Assembly: GCA_977862235.1 (NCBI GenBank)
Contig: OZ374562.1
Span: 744,001 to 808,000, forward strand
Reading direction: 5' to 3'
Source of the DNA: Dudresnaya verticillata
Lineage: Eukaryota
Length of the DNA: 64,000 nt
A program made the translations under genes and the position numbers. The notes under the pieces were generated by a model. That model was not told the DNA's origin. It worked only from the letters and a program-made list of their open reading frames with translations, and ran no database searches. This document shows positions 1 to 10,378 of the stretch, in pieces (position 1 is the first letter of the stretch; each line of letters begins with the position of its first letter).

Positions 1-2
1 TA

Positions 3-410
3 CCATACCAGGAGCATTCACCTGGTATGACATGCGCACGGCCGGGCTGGCAAGATAGGGGAAATCCCCAAAGGAACTTCGGTCCCAAGCAGACAATCAT
101 CTGTCACATTTGCTACAAGCCTGGGCACGTTTCGCCAGAATGCTTCTTAGCATGGAAGGACTACCTGATGATTATCCTCAATTATGAGTCGCTAAGTGCG
201 GTCGACCGCGAGCGTGTGCCGGTTACGTCTTACATGAAGGCGAAAGCACAGGCACAATACGATGAGGCAAGTCCTCAAGGCCGACCCCAGGGACCGCCCA
301 ATGTGGTACCCCACACTAGCGAACGCCACCCTCAGGCGTTCGCGCCCGCTGGAAAGTCCCCTTCGAATGGGCGCGACGGACGAGCGGACATCCGCAATTC
401 GGAAAACTAG
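3..410 (+). CDS. gag: Gag C-terminus with CCHC zinc knuckle (partial)
   Basis: CHICYKPGHVSPEC is C-x2-C-x4-H-x4-C. The frame is open from the window start to TAG 408-410. Confidence 0.85.
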   Translation, partial: PYQEHSPGMTCARPGWQDRGNPQRNFGPKQTIICHICYKPGHVSPECFLAWKDYLMIILNYESLSAVDRERVPVTSYMKAKAQAQYDEASPQGRPQGPPNVVPHTSERHPQAFAPAGKSPSNGRDGRADIRNSEN

Positions 411-3400
411 TCGGGGTCACACCCCCTTTGACTGGGGAACTTCAATCGGAACCCTTTCCGATCGAAGCTCAAGGGTCACGACCCGACAAGCAGGAGGATA
501 TAACTCCAAAGACTATACTGCAGAACCCTGCAAGGACTAGACGGACCTCGGCCTCGCCACCAGTGGCAGGATTACGCAGGCCCTGGCACCGGTACCGTCC
601 ACCGCATGCACAAGGCGAATTGCTGATAGCGGCAAAGCGCAACTTTAAAGTATACACAGATACGGGTTTACACCCAAGCTACCTATCGCGTAAACTTACT
701 GTGCTAGATACCGGTGCCGGCCCTAACTTTATCAGAAAATCTGAACTACCACCTCAAGCGGAGTCCCGCATTCGAGAAGGGGACATCCCCACCATCAGCG
801 ACGCCAACAATCGGCCGTTGCAAACATCCGGCGTCATCGCCTTGGTCGTTCGGCTGGGCGACCGCATTGTCAAACTTGACTTTATTGTCTGCGAGAGACT
901 CGCCGCCCCGGTCATCCTCGGGTGAGACTTCTGCGACCGTTTAGTAGAAGCCATCTACCCGAGGAGCCGTGAAGTCGAACTGGACAATGGGACTCGTGTG
1001 CCGATTACGCGGCGACCATTGAAGCGACCACCCACGGCTCCGCCACTACCTGATGATCAGGAGTATGAGCCACTGCGAGGTCACACCTCAACGAAAATAG
1101 GCGTAGCGGGACGAACCGTAATCCCAGCCCAAGCGCAAAAGTGGGTATCAGTAACCACCGAACGCGCGGGGCTGATTCGCCTTCAACCCTACGACAAGCC
1201 GTATCACCGGCAGGGAATCATCGCAACGAATGGAATAGCCCATGTTGAACCAAAGCGGCCATTCCGCATTCTAGTCGCGAACTTCACCTCGCACGACCAG
1301 GTACTCCCGAAGTACCAGGTCGTCGCTACCGCTCTCCCGCACCCCACCGCCGTGGTTCCCAGTCCCATCCGGCTGGCGGACGTGCTTGGGTTGGCTGACT
1401 TAGCGGACGATACCGCAACAAAACCCCAACGACTTGGAAGACTGTCGAATACGACAAACAAAGGTGACGCTCACGCGAAGACCCTTGAAGTTGAAAACGA
1501 ACCTCCACCTTCGGTGGACGACGTGGATTTATCCCACTTGACGGAGAATCACGCCGAGCGCGTGCGGGATTTACTTGGTAGGTTTTCTACAATGTGGGAT
1601 GGTTCACTAGGTGAGATCACCACTACGGAACACTACATCGATATGATTCCGGGTACGAGGCCGTTCTCGTGCCCACCCTATCGGGCGGGTCCGAAGCAAC
1701 GCCAAGTGGAACAAGCGGAAGTTGACCGCATGCTACGAGCTGGCGTTATAGAACCGGCACAATCTCCCTGGGCGTCTCCAGTTGTTTTGGTGCCTAAAAA
1801 GGACGGTACCTTACGATTCTGTGTCGACTACCGACGTTTAAATGCCGCAACCGTTCGGGATACCTACCCGTTACCTCGCATCGATGAATGCATCGATTCA
1901 CTCGGCGAAGCAAACGTTTTCACTACGCTCGATTGCAACTCGGGGTATTGGCAATCCCCATCAACGGTCGCGATCGTGACAAAACCACGTTTATATGCCA
2001 TGCGGGAACCTTCCGCTACAAAATAATGCCATCTGGCCTTACCAATGCACCCGCTACCTTCCAGCGGACCCTGGATATCCTGCTCTCAGGTTTCAAGTGA
2101 CAGACATGCCTCGTTTATTTGGACGATGTAATCATCTACTCCAAGGACGTGGAATCCCACTTTAAACACGTCGAACAGATCCTGACTGCATTGGACCAAG
2201 CCGGGGTTACCCTCAAACTGAAGAAATGTGACTTATTCACAAACACCGTCAACTACCTGGGCCATATCATCCGCCCCGGTGAACTGCGGGTCGACCCAAC
2301 GGTCACGGCGGCACTCCGCAAAGCAAAACACCCACGCACGCAAACGGAATTGAGGTCTTTCCTCGGATTGCGTAACGTATATAGGAGGTTTGTCCCCAAT
2401 TACTCTCACGTGGCAGGACCACTGAACCGGCTCCTCAAAAAGGATCACCCGGACAATATTGAGTCGCTCGACGAAAAACAAGAGGCCGCGTTCCAGACGC
2501 TGATCAAAGCTGTCACGGAACCACCCGTACTATCTCTGCCAAAACCTGGCTTGCCCTATTCTGTCGATACCGACGCGTCCAACTACCAAGTCGGTTGCGC
2601 CTTATTCCAAACGCACGCCGACGGTACGAGGAAACCCCTCGGGTACTGGTCCCGTTCTCTACAAGCAGCCGAAAAGAATTACTCGGTTTCCGAGAAGGAG
2701 TGTTTGGCACTGGTGTGGGCTGTTACCACTTTACGGCCCTACCTACAAATGGAAAAGTTTACCATACACACCGATCACTCCTCTCTTCGTTGGCTAATGG
2801 AGATTAATGACCCCTCCGGGCGCCTAATGCGCTGGCGCCTACGTATGTCGGAATTCGACTTTGACGTCCGTTACAAGAAGGGACGCATTAATACCCAAGC
2901 GGACGCCCTTTCGCGTCTTCAAACGCTTGGCGAAACCCAAGTCGATATCGACGACGAAATTCCGTGTTTCCACGTTGAGGCGGACGCTCCGTCAACCTGC
3001 GCCGTTTGCGATAAGGAGGAATTCCTCGAATTGGACGACGAAGTCTCCAACCAACTCCTTCTGGCGAATCCGCCGTCCAACCAACCTAAGCTCTTGCGCC
3101 CAATCACGACGGAAGAACTTCTTCAAACGCAATTAGCAGATGCCTTCTGCACCTCGCTGCGTTCTCGTCTTAACGGGGGGGAGGGGTTACCGTTCGCGCT
3201 GGACGAGACAGGAGTCCTCATTCGCACTCGAGAGGCACTTCCTCAAATCGTGATACCCTTAACTCCTCGCGCACGTGTGCTACACCTGGCACACTTCCCG
3301 AAACTATCCGGACATCCCGGTGGTCGCAAGATGTATTACTCACTCCGTAAATCATTCTACTGGCCCTCCATGGCTGTGGACTGTTACGCCACCGTAAGAA

Positions 3401-5558
3401 ACTGCACAGCATGTGTACGCAATCGCGTTATGCTACGCCGTAATACCAAGCTTATGAATCTGTTTCCAGCCAAAGCACCCCTGGAGTTTGTCTCCATTGA
3501 CATCTATGGCGAACTGATTCGTACGAAACGAGGCAATCGATTCCTCTTGGTCATCACAGACCGTTTCTCCAAACTCGTTCGGACAGTTCCGATGAAGAAG
3601 ATTACGGCTGCGAAAGTTGCCGAAGCGTTCATTACGCATTGGGTCTACGTCTACGGACCCCCGTTGTACCTACTATCGGATAATGGCGGACAATTTGCCG
3701 CAAAGTTGTTTCAGTCGTTATGTGGAACTTTGGGGATCAAAAACCTCTTTACTACAACCTATCACCCCCAATGCAATGGGCAAGTTGAGCGGCTCAACCG
3801 CACCATGCGCGCCGCGCTACTGCACTACGTTGCGGACCATCCGCGTGAATGGGACTTATTCTCAGATGCCATCACCTACGCGTACAATACGCAAGTTCAT
3901 TCTACCACGAACCTGGCCCCCTTCCAGTTGGTACTTTCCAGACCTCCACCCGCTCTAAGCGTCGAGGCACATCCCTCACTGGAACCAGTGCCGAGTTCGG
4001 CTACATTCCACGCCAAGTGGCAGTCCTGGCTCACAGGACTACTGTCAACGGCCACAAAAGGCGTTGACCAGACACAAGCGCGATACAAACGCAATTTCGA
4101 TAATAGGGTACGTCCCTCACGCGACGTCATCGGAGTAGACTCCTACGTCTACGTACGCAAGGAGTACTATCGGAAGGATACCCCAAAACACAAACTGGCG
4201 CCTATCACCGACGGCCTCTATCGCGTGAGTGACGCAAATGATAAGACGGTCACCGTCGAGAAGGACGGACCTGAATACGAGCGGATTTCCCGCGACAGAG
4301 TCGTGTCGGCACCCGCCCCACCAAGGGACGCGACCAACCAAGCCAACGCCGAAGGGACGGCAGATCCGATAGATGCGGAATTACCGTCAACAAACGATCC
4401 CAATAATGATCATACTCGAATGCAGTGCGCTGACGGAGCTACTGTGTCTCGCGGGGAAAATTCCCCAATTACTTTTCATGCTGTGGCACCAGCCATACAG
4501 CCACTAAATGATCGCTGGTTGGCGGATTTACCACCGCTGACGGTACCCGGACGCACCACTGGCGTCCGCGCACGGACTACCGCAATGCACTCGCTACCTA
4601 CCACACGCGCTGAAGCCGCCGCCCCCACTCCAACCCCTGCACCCGCAAGTCTGGAGCCGGAATCCGTGCCAGCGAACGACGCCCACGCGAATGGGCACCC
4701 CACTGCGGATCAACCACACGCCGCTACGAAAAGCACCAAGGCCGTCGACGGTACAGTAGGAGAGGAAATGCCTCGCCAGCAGCAACCTGCACACGATACC
4801 GGCACAACTGCCGCCCTGGGGCATACTCCTCAAGGGAAGCCCCTCCCTCAACCAACGAGAACTACCCTTGATAATGTGGATACCCCACAAGCGTCAACAA
4901 AGCCGGATATACTCCGCAAAGGCTCGCCTACTCGTCGAATAACCGAGAGCCCCGAGCCAGGGTCCCCTAGAGGAGCCGAAACCCGACCCGTTGATGGGAA
5001 GGATCACGCCCTCGACAGCGCGACACGCGATGTGTCACCAGGTGCGTCTAGAACGCAAGACCATCCCAAGGAGAATTCTCCACGCCCATCAGAAAGAGCG
5101 TCACATTTGACGACTGCATTAGGGAAATCCCTACGCGGCCTCTCGCGAGCCGAAGCCGCGGATCAGTAGTGGCAGGCTGCAATCAAGCTGCAACCGTGAC
5201 CCTTGGCACGCCAAGCCCCAGACGGAGTCGCCGTATTGCTGCCGTCGCGCCACGCGCGTCGCAGCTAGGCCCTCAGCAAGAGGATCCAGCTCAAGCACCG
5301 GCGCCAGATGACACCCTGTCACCAGGGCGTCGACACAATGGGGATACTCCGCCACGTGACGAGTATGTCATCGAAAAAGTGGTGAGCCACAGTTATGAGA
5401 ATACAGAACTGCTGTTCGAAGTCAAATGGTACGGCTACCCGTCCTCGCAAAATACATGGGAGCCCATACAACATCTACCGCGGAGTCAAGTTATCTCCTA
5501 TTGCAAGAGGAGGCGTCTCGGCGTCCCCTCCACCATCACCAAGGCAATGGTGGGCTAA
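401..5558 (+). pseudogene. pol: Gypsy pol (PR-RT-RH-INT-chromodomain), disrupted
   Basis: In the -1 frame relative to gag. Premature TGA at 923-925 and 2098-2100, frameshift near 1955, and a stop/frameshift at 5167-5169 before the chromodomain YVIEKVVSH..FEVKWYGYPSSQNTWEPIQHL (about 5360-5480). Confidence 0.93.
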
Positions 5559-7290
5559 CCTCCAAGCGCTACTAGGTCCAAAGGAAGTGGAGACACCACA
5601 TTGAAGAGTCGGGCCCAGGAGTCGATGCCACAGTGGTTGCTGCGCACACGACGGAGGTACTGTACGCCACGGTATAGCACCTGATTGGCCAGACGCGATT
5701 TTAATTAACGCCTCAGATTCCCACTACGCGCACCCACTCGCCCTAGTGACCTGACGCAATTGGTCGCCATCGTCGCCCCCAAAGTCGAATACGACTAAGT
5801 TAATAACGCGAGCATGCACAAAACGGGATTCCGCAACGATTGCTCCTAGCCACCAACGGCTTTGAGCTGCTGTTCCCCCACATGAAGGGGAACGCCTTGG
5901 CGCAGGCTGTCCACAAAAAGCGGAATTCCGCATCACAGGGCGTTCGCGTCAACAACAACGCGACGCTCACGACCTCCATGACATGAGGCGCTCCATAACG
6001 CCTTTTTGGCAAATCCAAAGGGGAACTCCTCCGCATAGACTGTAGCGAAGCGCAGCCATGCGCTATGGCTGTCTTCAAGCCGTCCGCGGCGGACCCTACT
6101 AAAGCTGTCATGCTTACAACGGAATTCCGTAATCGCGGGGCTGAGCAGTCAATGGCCTTTGGCATCTGCTCCCCCATGGAAAAGGGGATACCTACACCTA
6201 AACCGCCCCACGATGTGATGTCCCACGAACACCTTTTATGCCCAATAATCGGGGAACACCCCTACAAAGGCCATAGCCAACTACTGTAGCCACCTCCCCG
6301 TCGCCTACGGCAGACTCTATAACAGCAATTATGCTGAAACGGAATTCCGTGAACACTTACCGAGGGCCACTGGCGGACTGGTGTACCCCTGACTCAACGA
6401 TAAGGGGTTACCTCCGCCTGCGTGTGCCCGTGCGGCACCTACCGCCGCAAACGTTCGAGACAAGTGGTATTCCACACAACCGAGAATCCGCGCCAAAGCC
6501 CCTCGGCGCTCCTACAATGGGCAGGCCATTGTTCGTGTGGCATTCCACTTATCTAGACGGGCTGGATCGCCCTATCGCCTAACTAACCAGGAAGGCGCTT
6601 ACGCAAGTGCGTCCGGTTGACCGGGTCGGCACCCGACATATGTCGGACATATATGTCCTAAATAGGCAAACACACTCGATAACAGACTTCTGTATACCCA
6701 ATTACTGTGGCTAGGCCACAGTACGCGTTTGGTCTACTGTACTCCATTCAGGTCACGTGCAGTGCACCACTCCATGAGTATCCATTGGTTAATCATGGTG
6801 CCGGCGCACTCCGCACCAATCACCTGCCATGCGTACACACGGCGGCCCACCCTAGCGGACTACCGCAAGCACGCCGCACCTCCTCCGCCAAGTCGTTCAC
6901 GACTAAGTCGGCATTACGAGCCATGCCCAAAACGGAAATCCGTAACTATCGCTCTAAGCCGCCAACGGCCTTGAGCATTGGGAACTCCAGCAACTAGGGG
7001 ACCACTACGTCCAAGTCGCTAACGAAATGTGGACTTCCACACTGAACGGCACGCGCCTCACTGGCGACATATCGCGTTCGTCGTCCGCAGTCGGCATATG
7101 CCTATGCGAGTCGCTACGCATTACCACTCGCTGAGGGAAACTCCCCTAAGAGCGACGCGCCGCGTTACGGCAAACAACACAACCAACAGGCAAACTTTAA
7201 TAAGTCCTGATCATGGCGGCGCTCTCCCTACTACAGCGCATGGGCTACTCCCACAGGGTCGGTTGCCCCACGCCAAATGTCGACGCTCGA

Positions 7291-8587
7291 CTAGACATCA
7301 GCAGGCCCGCTTGGGCCTGCTTCATCCTCGTCCTCTAGGCTAAACCCCTTATCGACAGCGACCTCGAGGAGCTCCTCGTCGCTGCCGCGGATGGCAACCT
7401 CGGGAATTCCCGTCCTACGCAAATAGCCGATTACGGCAATCCGCTGACTAAAGCTCAACCTCACACGACGAGCGTGAGGCTGGCCCACGGGGTCAGGCGA
7501 TGGCGGACGAATGGCTGGCGGCCGAACGATCGGCACGTTCGCAATAACAGGGCCGCTGCCGTCGCCACTTGCCTCACCCGTTTCGGTCGACGTTCCCGCC
7601 GCCCCGTTCGGAGCCTCATCAGCCGGCACTGTCGCAACCGGGCATCTCTCACCAACCGGCGCGTTGACCGTCATCGTGTCATCATCGGGGATTTCCCCAT
7701 TACTGCCCGCGTCGGAGGACTGTTCCTCATAATCCGACTCCGCAATGCCACCCGCCTCGGGGTCCACCAGGTAGCCTCTCGGCTGACCAGGCGGCATCGA
7801 ACGCGGGTGGCTACGTAACCAAGCGGCACGGTCCGCAGCGACGAAAGTGCGTGTCCAAGGGTCAAACCATGCCCAATCGCCGCAAGACGGGTGCCGACGC
7901 CCAGGAGAGAAATTGGTCGACGAGGAACTCCTCTTGTTGTTGCAAAGCGGGACTCTTTGGTCATCATGGTCCCAATCAACCTGGGCATAAAACCCCAACA
8001 ACACGCGGAACTCCGCTTCGTTGTTAACTCCACCGAGGACAATCCTCAAGTCCAACTGGTCAACGAGCGTCAGGACTGTGGGAGATATGTACCACATGCG
8101 GTACGTATCGTACAATTCCCACAGCCACTGAACGGCCGTCTTCGCCACGAACTACGTGTAGTACACCGTCCACAATCCCGACTGCGGGTAGCCGATAACA
8201 TGGTGTAACTCACCGCAGGAGCCAACTCGACGAGGAAACCCTCACAACACTCCACCGAGCCCCACTGTGGGACGGGCAGCCGCACATAACATCGGTCACG
8301 ATAAGTACGATGAATTGCGTCGATTTCGACATTAGGATAAGGCACCAGGAAGCCCAGACGGGAGCGGGCGCGACGCTTCCAACGAATCTTGTCCCAATAA
8401 GCGTTGTTCTCGCGTTTGCGCACAAAGCGGAATTCCGCACGAAGCTGCACGCCGAGTAACAGGCCCGATTGACGCACCCTGGGCTCGACCCCATCCCACG
8501 CATGCGGGATGGGGAGGTTCTCCAAGGCATCAGCATAGGGGATTTCCCCGCACCGCTCGCACTATTCCCGCCGCCCCCGTTTCCCAC
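7291..8587 (-). pseudogene. Antisense ORF in the 3' region of the Gypsy element, unknown function
   Basis: ORFs 8210-8587, 8070-8525 and 7291-8148 overlap in different frames. They join into one Trp-rich protein with an acidic/Pro-rich tail (..LWTVYYT*FVAKTAVQWLWELYD..WAWFDPW..). Confidence 0.65.
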
Positions 8588-8651
8588 TCGGGTGGGCCCT
8601 GTCCCAGACTGACAGACTCCAGCGAAATTTTCACTTTATCTTGTCTACACT

Positions 8652-9326
8652 TCACTTCCTGCAGTACTGGTACGGGATACTACCAATATCCTTTATGATT
8701 TCTCTCCTCTTCGCCGCATGCGTGCACCAATTGTATCCCCTACGGATGATATTTTCCAGCCTTTGTGGTTCCTTCTGTTCTCCATTCTCAACCCTATCCA
8801 TGCAACCGCAGTGTGGATCGCTCCACGTGTCAGAGAGCTTCACTTTCTTTCTACGCTTCTTGAACTCCTCCCACTCCCGCCCCTTGTACGAGAACTTGCC
8901 TTGCCCCCTGAAGAAACTTTCTGAATAGGACTGTGGTCCTGAATTGGTTGATTCCGCCCCGTACACATGTTTGTAGAACTCTGTAAAATTGCTCCTGTCG
9001 TAGAGGCGTACACTGCGGTCGGCAAGGCTGACTACCTCCATCTTCTCGTCGATGGCACTGCTCACCTCCCGGACAATAACATATTCCCCGATTCTGTGGA
9101 TAGCCTCCTGAAGTGCTTCCCAAGGAAGCCAGAACTTGTAAAGGTCGCGAATATCCCTTCTGGCCTTCCCTGACGTTAACGATACCATTTTGTTACGTTC
9201 TCTTTCCTGACCTGCGCCTGTCCCCGAATCAGGACTTCCTGTTTAGAGCTTTAGGTCGCCCTGTTCATCATCACTGCTTATTTGTATCGACTCTTCCACT
9301 TCGATTACCTGTTTGATGTCGCCCAT
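8652..9326 (-). pseudogene. Degenerate ORF of unknown function
   Basis: 178-aa ORF with protein-like composition. The frame appears to continue upstream through a stop to an ATG near 9326. No motif recognised. Confidence 0.35.
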
Positions 9327-9474
9327 CTCGAATGTGCGTCGAGGTAACCTTCCTCGTGCTGGCCGGAACACGAACAATTCGTAGTGCGAGGGGCCTTCGA
9401 TATGTACCATCTAGTAAGATCTAGAGGGCTCGGATCCATGCAACTACCTCGCAGCAGGGACTGTAATCTCAATC

Positions 9475-9543
9475 GGTATGTGGAACCATAGTAATGAACT
9501 GGAATAACGGTTATTCCAGTTCAGTACTATGGTTCCACATACC
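9475..9543. repeat. Near-perfect hairpin (34-bp arms, 1-nt loop)
   Basis: ggtatgtggaaccatagtaatgaactggaataac-g-gttattccagttcagtactatggttccacatacc, one mismatch. Confidence 0.95.
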
Positions 9544-9545
9544 CG

Positions 9546-9647
9546 ATGGTTTTTCCTGGCTAAATAATCGCCCTGAGCAGTATGGACGTGACACAGAAAG
9601 GGCGTGTCCATACTGCTCAGAGCGCTTATTTAGCCAGGAAAAACCAT
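9546..9647. repeat. Near-perfect hairpin (42-bp arms, 18-nt loop)
   Basis: atggtttttcctggctaaataatcgccctgagcagtatggac ... gtccatactgctcagagcgcttatttagccaggaaaaaccat, two mismatches. Confidence 0.95.
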
Positions 9648-10378
9648 GGGGACGTATGCAGGACACATGACGTGCGTCCGCACATTTTCCGCAAACAGTC
9701 TCCAGATTCGCATGACGTTGCTCACAGTAACAAACTTGTTCACGCCGCAGATTTTGTTATGAACTGTTCTGGAAATATCGGACATACCGACCTCTGTACA
9801 GTACGATTACAGAGACAGGATCAAAGAATATCCTAGTAGGAGCGTTTCTGCTCCTTGTCAGATTCATATCTGGGGAAGGATCGAGTATCACGAAGGCATT
9901 ACCAATCATTATTGCTGATGCCCTCGTCATATTCATAGCAATTATTATGAGTTGAGATCGTACGCGTATGCCCTAGAGACATTCCAACCGTCACATCTGC
10001 CGGGAACTATACTTGTCTGGTGATTCCCGCTGTTTCGACCTTTTACGGTCACTGTGGTACCTCTAGCGATTCCGGTCCGGGAAATTCTGAGTTGCGTGAG
10101 GTGACTACGAATCTCCTGCGCCCGCACGCCCGGAAGCTTTGTTTCCAGTACACGCTTCGTTGTCACTTTTAGGGTGATTCTGAGGCATTGAAACGTGAAA
10201 GGGACTTAGCTCCAACCAGGACCTACTCCCCAGCTGCTGTATTGTACGGAATATGCCCATTGTTGGAGCTTCCGCATTGGGAGTTAAGTATTGTCTCTGC
10301 ATTTCCCCCAACTCCGAGATCAACATTTTCTTCACAGTCATCTCATTGCCATTGCGACAGACCAACTGCATATGCGCG

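Larger units (their letters stand above)
1..8600 (+). mobile_element. Ty3/Gypsy chromovirus-type LTR retrotransposon, degenerate; runs off the left edge, 3' LTR not seen
   Basis: Order is gag CCHC knuckle, protease (LDTGA), RT (SPWASPVVLVPKKDGTLRFCVDYRRLN, YLDD), RNase H (DTDAS..NYSVSEKECLA..TDH..ADALSR), integrase (GHPG..C..C, D..SDNG..QCNGQVER), chromodomain. The right boundary is approximate. Confidence 0.95.

Noticed and set aside
8590..8620. Start of the 3' LTR of the left Gypsy element (tgtcccagactgaca)
   Set aside because: No polypurine tract and no LTR-length sequence follows; the element appears truncated.
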